NCBI GenBank assembly: GCA_963597545.1
Contig: CAVBQN010000002.1
Location: 35,897-99,896, forward strand
DNA from: Fusicatenibacter saccharivorans
GTDB lineage: Bacteria; Bacillota; Negativicutes; Veillonellales; Dialisteraceae
Length of the DNA: 64,000 bases
Direction: 5' to 3'
Below the pieces are notes generated by a model, which worked only from the letters and a program-made list of their open reading frames with translations, searched no databases and was not told where the DNA came from. Position 1 is the stretch's first letter, and each line of letters starts with the position of its first letter. This document shows positions 47,871 to 60,334 of the stretch, in pieces. The translations under genes and the position numbers were made by a program.

Positions 47871-48338
47871 AAGGGATTAGGGGTTCAGAGGGTTCAGAGG
47901 GTTCAGAGGGTTAAACAGGTTCAGCGGGTTCAACGGGGGTGGTGCAGCGCATCATCATAGGGAAGCGCCGCGGAGTTTTAGAATATATGATATTCACGAA
48001 AGATGAAAAACCTGTGAACCTTTTGAACCTGTTTAACCTATGAGGATTCCTATAACGGGAAGATGGTTATTTTCTGCTTTCAAACTTTTGGGGGTATCCC
48101 TTTCCCTTATCGTCTCGTCATCGAAAGCGCTTCCGATGATTCTTTCTTGCACTGCGGTCAGTATCACATAGGCACTGATACGGAAATGACGCCTCGGTAC
48201 TGCGTATTTCTCCTTTCTCGCATCCTTCGTTTATCGATCTGCAAGAAAGATTTCTCACTTCGCTCGAAATGACGATACGGGGGCTGATGTCTTCTAGTCT
48301 CCTAGTCTAATCCCTAGTCCCTAATCCCCAGCCCCTAG
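47871..48338. repeat. composite element in the uvrC-uvrA spacer
   Basis: GGGATTAGGGG plus (GGGTTCAGA)x3 at 47873-47910. K at 47938-47980. GAACC-type arm at 48010-48045. GCTTTCAAAC at 48076. Truncated reverse E at 48136-48158 and forward E at 48241-48281. The array at 48291-48338 abuts the uvrA stop. Confidence 0.88.
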
Positions 48339-51179
48339 TCACTTCAACCCCATAAACTTTTTCGTCCGTTTGATGACCGGGCCGAGGTACTGCCCGGTGT
48401 AGGACGCTTCCACTTTCGCGACTTCTTCCGGCGTACCGGTGGCCACGATCTCGCCGCCCTTGTCGCCGCCTTCGGGGCCGAGGTCGATGATGTAGTCGGC
48501 GGTCTTGACGACATCAAGATTGTGCTCGATGACGACGACAGTATTTCCCTGATCCACCAGCTTCTCGAGGACGATCAAAAGCTTCCGGATGTCTTCGCTG
48601 TGAAGGCCGGTGGTCGGTTCATCGAGGATGTATAGGGTATCTCCGGTGCCGCGGCGCATGAGCTCGGTCGCCAGTTTCACTCGCTGGGCTTCGCCGCCGG
48701 ACATGGTGGTGGCCGGCTGTCCCAGATGGATGTAGCCAAGGCCAACCTCCTGCAGGGTCTTCAATTTCCGCAGGATCTTGTCGTGGTTTTCAAAGAAAGG
48801 CACGGCTTCATCGATGGTCATATTCAGCACATCGGAGATGTTCTTGCCCTTGTAGCGGACTTCGAGCGTCTCTCGGTTGTACCTCGCGCCGTGGCAGACT
48901 TCACAGGGAACGTAAACGTCTGAGAGGAACTGCATCTCGATCTTGATGATGCCGTCACCGTGGCAGGCTTCACAGCGTCCGCCTTTCATATTGAAGCTGA
49001 AACGCCCCGGTTTGTAGCCGCGCATCTTGGCTTCGGAGGTCTGGCTGAAAAGCTCGCGGATGTCATTGAAAACGCCGGTATAAGTGGCTGGATTCGAGCG
49101 CGGCGTGCGCCCGATCGGCTGCTGGTCGATATCGATGATCTTATCCACATACTCTGCGCCGTCCATGGAGTCGAAAGCTCCGGCCCGGTAGGATGTATGG
49201 TTCTTGATATTCGACAGTCCCTGATAGAGGATCTCATTCACGAGCGTACTCTTGCCCGAGCCAGACTCACCGGTGACGACGGTGAAGGCACCGAGCGGGA
49301 TGGTCACGTCGATGTGCTTCAGATTGTGTTCGTGAGCGCCATGGATGGTGAGCGAGAGTCCATTTCCTTTTCTCCTCTTTTCCGGCAGCGGGATGTATTT
49401 CTCACCGCGCAGGTACTGCCCCGTGATGGAGGCCTTCACCTTCATCACGTCCTCAGGCGTGCCCTCCGCGATGACGGAGCCGCCATTTTCCCCTGCGCCG
49501 GGGCCGATATCCACGACCCAGTCTGCGGTGCGGATGGTATCCTCATCATGCTCGACAACGATGAGCGTATTTCCCAGATCCCGCATGCCCTTCAGGGTCG
49601 CAAGGAGCTTGTCATTGTCACGCTGATGCAGACCGATGGACGGTTCATCCAGGATGTAGAGGACACCGACGAGGCCGGAGCCGATCTGCGTCGCCAGACG
49701 GATGCGCTGGGCTTCGCCGCCGGAGAGCGTCGAGGCGCCGCGGGAGAGTGTCAGGTAGTCGAGCCCGACATTCACGAGGAAGGAGAGACGGCTCTTCACC
49801 TCGCGCAGGATCTGGTCTGCGATGATCTTTTCCTTTTCGGAAAGCGTGACATGGTTCATGAAGTCCAGGAGGTCGATGACAGCCATGGAGGAGATCTCTG
49901 CGATATTCTTCCCACCGACGCGGAAAGCGAGGCTCTCCGGCTTCAGGCGCGCCCCATGGCAGACGGGACATGGCTTTTCGATGAGGTAGTTCGAAAGCGT
50001 TTCCTTCATCTTCTCTGTCCACGCCTCTTCATAGCGCCGCTTCGTCATCGGGACGATACCTTCGAAAGGACGCTCATAGGACTTTGTGATGCCTTCGGGG
50101 CTGGTGTACTGGAAGGAGAGAAGCGCCGTGCCGCCGTTTTCAAACTCTGCCTTTGCCTGATCCGGCAAGTCATCATAGCATGCGTCCATGGTGAGGCCAT
50201 AGGATTTCAGGAAAGCATCGAGCAGCTTGTAGAGCCAGGTTTCCTTATTATAAGGAAATGGCTGGATCGCGCCCAGACGGAAAGGGATCGTGTGATCGGG
50301 CAGGATGCGATGGAAATCCGCCTCCAGCGAAGCGCCGAGGCCCATGCAGGCGGGGCAGGCGCCGAAGGGATTATTGAAGGAGAAAATGCGCGGCTCCGGC
50401 TTTGGCAGGGAAATGCCGCAGTCCGGGCAGGAGAAATGGGTGGAAAAGACCATGTCCTTTCCGCCGATGATGCTTCCCACCATCATGCCATCCCCTAGCT
50501 TCAGCGCGGCCTCCACCGAGTCTGTCAGGCGGCGCACGATGCCGTCCTTCACGATGATGCGGTCCACCACCACTTCGATGGTATGCTTCTTGTTTTTCGC
50601 AAGCTCGATGTCATCGGATAGGGAGAGGACGTCCCCATCCACGCGGACGCGGACATAGCCCTCCTTGCGGAGCTCTTCCAAGAGCTTTTTATGCGTCCCC
50701 TTCTTCGCGACAGCGACCGGCCCAAGGAGCATGAGCTTCGTCCGCTCGGGGAGCGAAAGGAGTGCATCGACGATCTGATCCACCGTCTGCCGCTGGATCG
50801 GCTTGCCGCAGTGCGGGCAGAAGGCACGGCTCGCATGTGCATAGAGCATACGGAGGTAGTCATGGATCTCCGTCACTGTACCGACCGTCGATCGCGGGTT
50901 ATGGCTGGTGGATTTCTGATCGATGGAGATCGCCGGCGAAAGCCCTGCGATCTTATCCACGTCCGGCTTATTCATCTGCCCTAAGAACTGCCGCGCATAG
51001 GCAGACAGGGACTCGACATATTTTCGCTGTCCTTCCGCATAGATGGTGTCAAAAGCCAGCGACGATTTCCCCGAGCCGGACAGCCCGGTGAAAACGATGA
51101 GTTGATTTCGCGGCAGCGTCAGATCGATATTCTTCAGATTGTTCTGACGCGCGCCTTTTATGATGATTCCTTTTTCCAT
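48339..51179 (-). CDS. uvrA: excinuclease ABC subunit A
   Basis: Two ABC modules ([14 protein letters not shown] and [10 protein letters not shown]) with zinc-finger Cys pairs, 946 aa. Confidence 0.97.
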   Translation of the reverse strand: MEKGIIIKGARQNNLKNIDLTLPRNQLIVFTGLSGSGKSSLAFDTIYAEGQRKYVESLSAYARQFLGQMNKPDVDKIAGLSPAISIDQKSTSHNPRSTVGTVTEIHDYLRMLYAHASRAFCPHCGKPIQRQTVDQIVDALLSLPERTKLMLLGPVAVAKKGTHKKLLEELRKEGYVRVRVDGDVLSLSDDIELAKNKKHTIEVVVDRIIVKDGIVRRLTDSVEAALKLGDGMMVGSIIGGKDMVFSTHFSCPDCGISLPKPEPRIFSFNNPFGACPACMGLGASLEADFHRILPDHTIPFRLGAIQPFPYNKETWLYKLLDAFLKSYGLTMDACYDDLPDQAKAEFENGGTALLSFQYTSPEGITKSYERPFEGIVPMTKRRYEEAWTEKMKETLSNYLIEKPCPVCHGARLKPESLAFRVGGKNIAEISSMAVIDLLDFMNHVTLSEKEKIIADQILREVKSRLSFLVNVGLDYLTLSRGASTLSGGEAQRIRLATQIGSGLVGVLYILDEPSIGLHQRDNDKLLATLKGMRDLGNTLIVVEHDEDTIRTADWVVDIGPGAGENGGSVIAEGTPEDVMKVKASITGQYLRGEKYIPLPEKRRKGNGLSLTIHGAHEHNLKHIDVTIPLGAFTVVTGESGSGKSTLVNEILYQGLSNIKNHTSYRAGAFDSMDGAEYVDKIIDIDQQPIGRTPRSNPATYTGVFNDIRELFSQTSEAKMRGYKPGRFSFNMKGGRCEACHGDGIIKIEMQFLSDVYVPCEVCHGARYNRETLEVRYKGKNISDVLNMTIDEAVPFFENHDKILRKLKTLQEVGLGYIHLGQPATTMSGGEAQRVKLATELMRRGTGDTLYILDEPTTGLHSEDIRKLLIVLEKLVDQGNTVVVIEHNLDVVKTADYIIDLGPEGGDKGGEIVATGTPEEVAKVEASYTGQYLGPVIKRTKKFMGLK

Positions 51180-51211
51180 GGATGTCCTTTCGAAATTGAA
51201 GGAAAATGTAT

Positions 51212-51506
51212 GGGGGATTTAGGGGAGCCCCTGGGGCGGCTCCCCTTGATTCCATTTGAAAGCCTCGATTGAATGAGAAATGGCTGATAACCGTTGTGCT
51301 ATTGAGATTTCTCGGCTTCGCTCGAAATGACGAGACGAGAGAAGCGATTGTCTTACATACATCGTTTACCTTTCTGCAGAAGGGTGCCTCTTCGAGGCAC
51401 TCTATCCTCCGCCTTTGGCGCGCCCCTTCTTCAAGAGGGCTACTCAGCTGGCAGGGCAAAACGAACCCCTAATCCCTAATCCCCAGCCACCAGTCACTAG
51501 TCACCC
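51212..51506. repeat. composite element in the uvrA-uvrB spacer
   Basis: W at 51222-51271, AATGAGAAAT, E at 51304-51340, a PG-like pair of hairpins at 51372-51440, and the CCCCTAATCCCTAATCCCCAGCCACCAGTCACTAGTCACCC array (51466-51506) 5 nt from the uvrB stop. Confidence 0.88.
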
Positions 51507-51511
51507 AAAAA

Positions 51512-53617
<2,106 letters not shown>

Positions 53618-53657
53618 ACCCTCGCCTCCATTTTCTTTTATCGATATTTGTCTATGT

Positions 53658-53686
53658 ATTATAGCATAGATGGGAAGGGGTGACTA
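53658..53686 (-). promoter_or_regulatory. candidate promoter of uvrB
   Basis: -10 TATAAT (53658-53663), 17-bp spacer, -35-like TAGTCA (53681-53686) contributed by a GTGACTAG repeat fragment. Confidence 0.4.
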
Positions 53687-54157
53687 GGGAGAACGCTCCT
53701 CTCCCACGACTTTCATCCCGCCGCGAGAGCCAACCTCCGCCCTTTCGGGGCACCTCCTTCCATGGGAAGGAGGGAGAATGCCGCCTCACGGACTCCCCAT
53801 ACAGATAGCTTTCGATACGAAAATGCCGCTTCCCCGCATTCGTCATTTCGAGCGAAAGCGAGATATCTTTTTCGTTCGCGGTCAAGGCAAAGTATGTGAG
53901 AGGATCGGCAAGCGGGAAACACCGTACTCCCTGCGCCCCGGAAGGACGGTGTTTCATGCAAACTGATTCACGCATGAAACAGAAAATGGCAAACGAAAAG
54001 ATCCCTCGGCTCCGCTCGGGATGACGATACGAGAATACTATCTTCTAAAAAAAAGGCGGCGAAGCCGCCATCTCAACCCTGAACCCTGAAGCAAATGAAA
54101 GCAAAGTAAAAAGGGGCTGTGAAGAAATGAGAATTCATTTCTTCACAGCCCCTTTTT
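53679..54157. repeat. repeat-dense spacer upstream of uvrB
   Basis: GGTGACTAGGG (53679), PG at 53730-53780, E reversed at 53841-53870, E forward at 53997-54032, and segment 54026-54157, which duplicates 45589-45718 and includes the T hairpin. Confidence 0.88.
54108..54156 (-). terminator. terminator after the hybrid sensor gene (repeat module T, copy 3)
   Basis: Same hairpin as at 45668-45718. It begins 1 nt after the TGA and is followed by a T-run on the minus strand. Confidence 0.8.
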
Positions 54158-57100
54158 CATCGGCAATATTGTCCCAGAACCTCGATGACATGATCGATCT
54201 CTATCGGTTTCGTCAGGTGAGCATTCATACCGGCTTCCATGCATTTTTTCGCATCTTCATCGAAAGCATTCGCCGTCATAGCGATGATGGGGATGGTTTT
54301 CGCATCCGCTCTCGCAAGGCTGCGAATGACCCTTGTCGCTGTCATGCCGTCCATGACAGGCATCATGATATCCATGAGGATGGCATCGAAGGTGCCCGGG
54401 ATCTTATTTTTGAAAAGATCCACAGCCTGTTTGCCATCGCCCACGACGGTGACGCGCGCTCCCTTATCGGTGAGGAGCATCTGCGCGATCTCTGCATTCA
54501 GCTCATTATCCTCGACCAGCATCAGGTGAAGACCTGCGATATCCACATGTCCCTTTTTCTCCGGCTTCTCTTCCTCAGCGGGCGCGATCTCGCAGGGGAT
54601 CGTGATGACGAAGGTCGAGCCCTTCCCCTCTTCACTGGTGATAGAGATGGTTCCCCCCATCGCATCGATGAGTCTCTTCACGATGGCCATACCGAGGCCC
54701 GTCCCCTGATATACACTGCGGGCATCCTGTCTTTCCTGGGTGAAGGGATCGAAAATATGAGCCAAAAACTCTTTGCTCATACCGATACCGGTATCCGAAG
54801 CGGTCCATCGATAGGTACAGCGATTCCCGCTCGTCCCCAGAAACTCCACCTTTGTCAGGATGCGGCCACCCTTTTTGTTGTACTTGATGCAGTTTCCTAA
54901 AATATTAAGAATGATCTGCCTAAGATGCAGGGGACTGCCGTACACGAAGGGTACAGGGAACGAGTAATCCTTCACTTCATCGATCCACTCGAGCCCTGCT
55001 TCCACCACACGGTCAGAGAGGATGCTGCGGATGTCATCTCTCTGCTCAGAGAGAGAGATTCGCTCACGGGAGAGGACGACGCCGCCGGATTCCAGCTTGC
55101 TCATCTGCAGGATGTCATTGATGAGGGAGAGCAGATGCTTCGCTGCCGCTTGCATCTTTTTCTGGTTTTCAAAGACCAGCTCCTTGTTATCGAAATGATC
55201 TTCATTGATCTTCAAAAGACCGATGATGCCGTTCAGCGGCGTGCGGATATCGTGGCTCATGCGGGAGAGGAATTCCGTCTTCACGCGATTCGCAGAGCTC
55301 ATTTCATCCAGAGCGGCCTGCAGCTCCGCCTGCCGCTGTTCCTCCATTTCATGCATTTCTGTGGTATCTTTCAAAAGGACGATGGCCTGCACGACGGGCA
55401 TATCTTGTCCGGCATCCGTATCATAGACGGTGATGCGCGTCATAAGGATCAGCTTACGGACCCAGCGGATCGTACCATCCTTTTCCCGCACCCCGTACTC
55501 TGCAGAGAATTGCCGCTCACCCGCTTCGAAGCGCTTCAAAAGATCGTTCACACTCATGGCGATGCGGTAGCACCCCTGTGTCTGTCGTGTGATCTGCATC
55601 ATATGGGCTTCGCAGTAGGCCTGATACGAGCATGGCAGCGAAGGTGCCGCAAAGAGGCGCGCATGTGCTTCCTCCTTCCCCGGAAGCACGATATCCCTTT
55701 CCAGCCTGTCATGGGTCAGATCGACCATATAGATACAGTCCGCCATATCCAGCATGGCATCCACATAACTGTCATTTTCCAGAATGGACTGCTTCAGCTG
55801 CTCATAGTAGAGCGAGAGCGCTTCCTTCGCCCCCAAGGGCGCATCCTCCGCCCGGCGAACATGTTGAAACGCAAGAAGGACATGATGAAGCTGCCCCTCG
55901 CAGTCAAAGTCCACGGGAATGACGACGAGACGGCGTAATTCCGCCCCCTCCTTCGGCGTAAAGGAAAGGTCCAGCGCATCCTCACTATGAAGGATCGACT
56001 TCTCGAGTGCCTCCTTCGAGAGTGCGCTCTGTATGCGTTCCCGGTCTGCCCCTTCGATCTCCTCCACGAGCTGCAGCACCGCACCGGAATAGCTGCCCTC
56101 AGACGCAAGAGGGAAATCGCTCCTCGCACGGATCGTGCGATAGTCGTCCATCTTCAGATCACAATACAGACAATTTGCGAAATTCTTCCGATAACGGCTT
56201 AGCATTTTCAGCAGACGCAGCGAAAGACGCCTCTCCGCCTCTGCTTCCCTGCGCTTCGCATGGTTCTTCTGGATATACATATGCTTATCGGCCTTCGCGA
56301 AAAGCTCTCGCATGGACGTCTCAGGGTCATCCTTTGCCAGCACATATCCCGCCGCATAAGAAAGCGGCGTATCCATATGCTCTTTTGCCTCCTCTGCCAG
56401 CTTTGCACGCAAATCTTCCAGAAGCTCCTCCATGCCCGTCTCGGAGAGGCCATGCGTCACCATCAGAAATTCATCCCCGCCCAGGCGGCCGACGAAGTGC
56501 TCCTCCGGTACCGCCGCCCGAAGAGCGGTCGCAAAACGACGGATGTATACATCCCCCGCCTCATGTCCCCTGCTGTCATTGATGCGGCGAAGATCATTCA
56601 GATCGAAGCTCACCACGCCCATATCCAAAGAAACAGGCGCATTCAGGATCTCTTCACACCGGTTCTTATTCGGAAGCCCCGTCGCCGCATCCAGATACGC
56701 CTTCTTCTGCAGCGTGCGGTTCTCGATCAACCTCTTCAGCGCCTTGAAAAACTCAAGACCGATCAGGATCATCAGCGCAAAGATCACCAGCGTGATGCCC
56801 TTCTCCAGCACAGCCAGATCCTTCGCCTGCTTCTCAGAGTACACTTCTGCAAGCGCGGTCGCTTCATCGCAGATCGCGAAGAACTGCTCAGTCGCAGTGA
56901 TCAGGTAGGAGTCCGCCTTCCCCGTGCGGCGAAGTTGGATGATCTCCTGCTTGACCTGCAGATAGTAGCCGCTTAGCTCCTTCATCTTAGCCTGGAAATC
57001 CGGATCCGATAAGCGCACCAAAGACAGCGATGCATCCCCCTCTCGAAGCCCCTGAATATACGCCTCGATCTCGCGGCGCATCTCATCCTGCGGCTCACCC

Positions 57101-57288
57101 GCCATTTCCAGCTTCACCATCCGCTGCGTCGTCCCACGCACCAGCCCGGCATAGTTCACCACGCGCGCCGTCCCCTGCATGTGCGACACGATGACCATCA
57201 TCCAGACGATCAGCCCCATCAGGACCACTGCCAGCACCGCGATCACGATGTGACAGAGACTGTATGTATTCTTCTCATGATTCTGCAT
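54157..57288 (-). CDS. hybrid sensor: PilJ/NarX-like periplasmic domain, GGDEF diguanylate cyclase, PAS-like region, histidine kinase and receiver
   Basis: Two TM segments flank NYAGLVRGTTQRMVKL. An intact GGDEF (RLGGDEFLMV) is followed by HisKA FLSRMSHDIRTPLNGI, an HATPase_c domain, and a REC domain (LMLVEDN...ILMDIMMPVMDG...LTKP). ATG at 57288 (AGGGGA RBS) chosen over the GTG at 57348. Confidence 0.85.
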   Translation of the reverse strand: MQNHEKNTYSLCHIVIAVLAVVLMGLIVWMMVIVSHMQGTARVVNYAGLVRGTTQRMVKLEMAGEPQDEMRREIEAYIQGLREGDASLSLVRLSDPDFQAKMKELSGYYLQVKQEIIQLRRTGKADSYLITATEQFFAICDEATALAEVYSEKQAKDLAVLEKGITLVIFALMILIGLEFFKALKRLIENRTLQKKAYLDAATGLPNKNRCEEILNAPVSLDMGVVSFDLNDLRRINDSRGHEAGDVYIRRFATALRAAVPEEHFVGRLGGDEFLMVTHGLSETGMEELLEDLRAKLAEEAKEHMDTPLSYAAGYVLAKDDPETSMRELFAKADKHMYIQKNHAKRREAEAERRLSLRLLKMLSRYRKNFANCLYCDLKMDDYRTIRARSDFPLASEGSYSGAVLQLVEEIEGADRERIQSALSKEALEKSILHSEDALDLSFTPKEGAELRRLVVIPVDFDCEGQLHHVLLAFQHVRRAEDAPLGAKEALSLYYEQLKQSILENDSYVDAMLDMADCIYMVDLTHDRLERDIVLPGKEEAHARLFAAPSLPCSYQAYCEAHMMQITRQTQGCYRIAMSVNDLLKRFEAGERQFSAEYGVREKDGTIRWVRKLILMTRITVYDTDAGQDMPVVQAIVLLKDTTEMHEMEEQRQAELQAALDEMSSANRVKTEFLSRMSHDIRTPLNGIIGLLKINEDHFDNKELVFENQKKMQAAAKHLLSLINDILQMSKLESGGVVLSRERISLSEQRDDIRSILSDRVVEAGLEWIDEVKDYSFPVPFVYGSPLHLRQIILNILGNCIKYNKKGGRILTKVEFLGTSGNRCTYRWTASDTGIGMSKEFLAHIFDPFTQERQDARSVYQGTGLGMAIVKRLIDAMGGTISITSEEGKGSTFVITIPCEIAPAEEEKPEKKGHVDIAGLHLMLVEDNELNAEIAQMLLTDKGARVTVVGDGKQAVDLFKNKIPGTFDAILMDIMMPVMDGMTATRVIRSLARADAKTIPIIAMTANAFDEDAKKCMEAGMNAHLTKPIEIDHVIEVLGQYCR

Positions 57289-57582
57289 GTAGTTTCCCCT
57301 ATTTTGCATAATTTTTATCATATATTGCATTATATGATAAACCACCAAAAAGGGGAAGAGAAAATACGCCTTGAAACGCAGTATACCGGAGACCGCTCAC
57401 AGGATCCGTTCTCCTGCGCTGCTCTATCTCCCCCTTTCCGCAGGGGAAAATGCTTCCCCCTCGCAAAGAAATGGAAAATAATCAGTCACTCCCATCTCCC
57501 TGTCTTCTGCTTTCCCACGAAAAAAGGCCTGGACTTTCATCCTGACCTTTGAGAAGCTCGGTGAGCCATCAGGGTACACACT

Positions 57583-58344
57583 TTACAAAGCAGAAAATGA
57601 ACTGACGAGCTCCTGCGTATAGGGGTGCTGCGGGTGATGCAGCACATCTTCAGCCGCCCCGATCTCCACCAGCCTTCCTGCTGATAGGATGCCCACGCGG
57701 CGTGCCATCGCAGCAAGGACATCAAGATCATGAGAAATGAAGAGATAGGCAATCTCCCGATCCTCCTGAAGCTCTTGCAAGAGTGTCAGGATCTCCGCCT
57801 GCACTGACACATCCAGCATCGAAGTCGGCTCATCCAAGATCAGGACCTCCGGTGAGATGAGGAGCAAACGAGCAAGCGCCACACGCTGGAGCTCCCCGCC
57901 GGAAAGCTCAACCGGATAGCGCGAGAGCAGCTCGCGTCGAAGCTGGAGGCGTGAAAGCATCTCTTGCATACGCTCTTCAAAGTGATCCATCTTCCCATAT
58001 AGGCGTGAGGGCTCTTCGATACTCTCACGGATCGTCATACGCGGATGAAGCGCGGCCGCAGGATTTTGAAATATCATCTGCATCGTGCGGCGTACCGCGA
58101 GCATCTCTTTCCCGGAAAGCTCGCCAAGATCCACCCCGCGATAGAGCACGACTCCTCCATCCGGCACGAGAAGCTGCATCAGGATACGGATGAGCGTCGT
58201 CTTCCCCGCACCGCTCGTCCCCGCGATCCCCAGCGTCTCTCCTTTCGAAAGCGTGAAGGAAATATCCTTCAGCACCTCCTTCTTCACTTTCCGTATATAT
58301 CCAGTCGTGAAGGATTTCGAAATATGCTGTACGTCTAAGAGCAT
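57583..58344 (-). CDS. peptide/nickel-family ABC transporter ATP-binding protein (NikE/DppF-like)
   Basis: Walker A GTSGAGKTT, signature LSGGELQR and Walker B LILDEPTSMLD, 253 aa. Confidence 0.88.
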   Translation of the reverse strand: MLLDVQHISKSFTTGYIRKVKKEVLKDISFTLSKGETLGIAGTSGAGKTTLIRILMQLLVPDGGVVLYRGVDLGELSGKEMLAVRRTMQMIFQNPAAALHPRMTIRESIEEPSRLYGKMDHFEERMQEMLSRLQLRRELLSRYPVELSGGELQRVALARLLLISPEVLILDEPTSMLDVSVQAEILTLLQELQEDREIAYLFISHDLDVLAAMARRVGILSAGRLVEIGAAEDVLHHPQHPYTQELVSSFSAL

Positions 58345-58356
58345 GGGCGCTCCTTT

Positions 58357-59307
58357 CTAAAAAGATGAATGAACGGTGATGCTTTCTCCACATTTTACAA
58401 AATGTCCCTCTCCCACTTTTCTCATCGTCTGCCTCTTCTCACAACCTTTTCCGCAGAATGCACATCGACTCCGAAAAATGCAGCCGCCGGTGAGGCGGGA
58501 AAGATCCGGTGGATTTCCGGAGATGGGATGAAGACCGCGGGAAGGCGCCGCGGCGAGAAGTCCCCGCGTATAAGGGTGGTATGGATTCTTGAAAATATCC
58601 TCTGTGCTCCCCTGCTCGAGGACTTCCCCGGCGTAGAGCACCACCACACGATCGGCGAGACATTCTGCCAGTGCGAGGTCGTGAGTGATGAGCAGCATGC
58701 CCCTTCCTGTCATCTTAATCTGAAGAAACATATCTGCCACCTGTTTCCTTACAAGCGGATCTAGGCCCTTCGTCGGCTCATCTGCGATGAGCCACTCCGG
58801 GGAAGACAAGGTCATCATCGCCGCCATGACGCGCTGCGCCATACCCCCTGAAAGCTGGTGCGGATAGGACGCACACACGCGGACAGGATCCCCAAGACCG
58901 TACTTTTCCAGCTGCCCAAGAGCACTCTCCCTGTGCTTCTCTTTCCCCCAGCCCAGCCGCTTGCGCAAGACTTCTGTCACCTGCCGTCCGACACGCATCA
59001 GCGGATCCATGGCAGAGATCGGATCCTGCGCGATCCAGCCGATGCGATCGCCTCGGATCTCATTCATTCCTTTCTCGGAAAGCCGAGGAAGATCATTTCC
59101 ATCATAAAAAATGCTTCCTGTCATTCGCGCATTTTCCGGAAGAAGACGCATGATGGCCGTGCCCAAGATCGATTTCCCGCTCCCCGACTCGCCAACCAGC
59201 GCAGTGATTTTTCCCCCGTGAAAGAGAAGATTTACATCACGAAGCACGCAGACAGCGCCCATCGGCGAAGGGAAAGTAACAGAAAGTTGCTTGACTTCGA
59301 TATCCAT
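58357..59307 (-). CDS. peptide/nickel-family ABC transporter ATP-binding protein (NikD/DppD-like)
   Basis: Walker A GESGSGKS, signature LSGGMAQR, and the C-terminal oligopeptide-transporter extension with a Cys cluster (CIFRSRCAFCGKGC). Confidence 0.88.
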   Translation of the reverse strand: MDIEVKQLSVTFPSPMGAVCVLRDVNLLFHGGKITALVGESGSGKSILGTAIMRLLPENARMTGSIFYDGNDLPRLSEKGMNEIRGDRIGWIAQDPISAMDPLMRVGRQVTEVLRKRLGWGKEKHRESALGQLEKYGLGDPVRVCASYPHQLSGGMAQRVMAAMMTLSSPEWLIADEPTKGLDPLVRKQVADMFLQIKMTGRGMLLITHDLALAECLADRVVVLYAGEVLEQGSTEDIFKNPYHPYTRGLLAAAPSRGLHPISGNPPDLSRLTGGCIFRSRCAFCGKGCEKRQTMRKVGEGHFVKCGESITVHSSF

Positions 59308-59530
59308 AGAAAAGGCTCCTTTCAGGTAAGAGAGTGGTACAGATTCTAAAGGTGCTGTGGAGAAGGGCTGCCTGCCCCATGAATTGCGGTACAGTGAAAG
59401 GGCAGCCTATTCTTAGCTTCCCATCGGGGACGCACCCCGAAAGAAGCTCTGCTCCGATGAAGCTCTCCGTCATTTCCTTAAGAATATTGCCCGCACAGGC
59501 GGACATGCAAAACCCATCCCCTTCCCCCTC

Positions 59531-60334
59531 TTATTTCCTTATTCGTTCTCTCATCGCATCTCCCAAAAGATTGATAGAAAGGCAAAAGAGAGTGATGCCT
59601 GTACCGGGAGCGATCATCATCAGCGGGTATGAGCGGAAATAGGTCCTCGCATCAGAAATCATGACGCCCCAATCCGCCGTCGGAGGAGAAACCCCCAGAC
59701 CCAAGTAGGACAGCGCAGAAGCCGAGAGCAGCGAAGTCCCGATGCGGAGCGTCAATAGCACGATGACGACGGGAAGCACATTCGGAAGTACATATTTCCT
59801 TACGATGTACCCATGGGATGCCCCCAAGCTTTTGATGCTTTCCATGTAGAGCTCCCCACGAATACGTATGACCTCACTCCTCACGATACGTGAAAAACCC
59901 GCCCACGAGGTCAGAATCAATGCGATGATGAGGCGGAAATTGTTCTCCGGAAGGATCGCCGCGACCGCGATCATAAGACTCATCCCCGGAAGTCCCTGAA
60001 ATACAGCCACAAGACACTGGATCCCCCGATCCACCCAGCCGCCAAAGTAACCGGAAAGGATCCCCAGCATAAGGCCAAGAACCATGGTACAAAACGCCGC
60101 CACAAAGGCAAAAGCCACCGACGTCCGCGCCCCATAGATGGTACGGGAAAGAATATCACGCCCCAGCGCATCCGTCCCCAGCCAGTGTGAGGATGACATG
60201 CCTTCCAGGATTTCCTCCGTAGACACCGCGGTGGGATCATAGGGCGCGATCCATGGAGCAAAAAGCGCGAGAAATACGATCCCCATCGCCAGAAAAAGCG
60301 CCATTTTATAGATCCAGTGAAGCTCCTTCTTCAT
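59531..60334 (-). CDS. peptide/nickel-family ABC transporter permease (NikC/DppC-like)
   Basis: 267-aa polytopic protein with a BPD_transp_1-type core and EAA-like loop (SLGASHGYIVRKYVLPN). Confidence 0.87.
   Translation of the reverse strand: MKKELHWIYKMALFLAMGIVFLALFAPWIAPYDPTAVSTEEILEGMSSSHWLGTDALGRDILSRTIYGARTSVAFAFVAAFCTMVLGLMLGILSGYFGGWVDRGIQCLVAVFQGLPGMSLMIAVAAILPENNFRLIIALILTSWAGFSRIVRSEVIRIRGELYMESIKSLGASHGYIVRKYVLPNVLPVVIVLLTLRIGTSLLSASALSYLGLGVSPPTADWGVMISDARTYFRSYPLMMIAPGTGITLFCLSINLLGDAMRERIRK

Noticed and set aside
59237-59506. An 89-aa Cys-containing ORF spanning the nikC-nikD spacer.
   Set aside because: It overlaps the well-supported nikD-like start in another frame and has no RBS or recognisable motif. 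The spacer is reported as a structured non-coding candidate instead.
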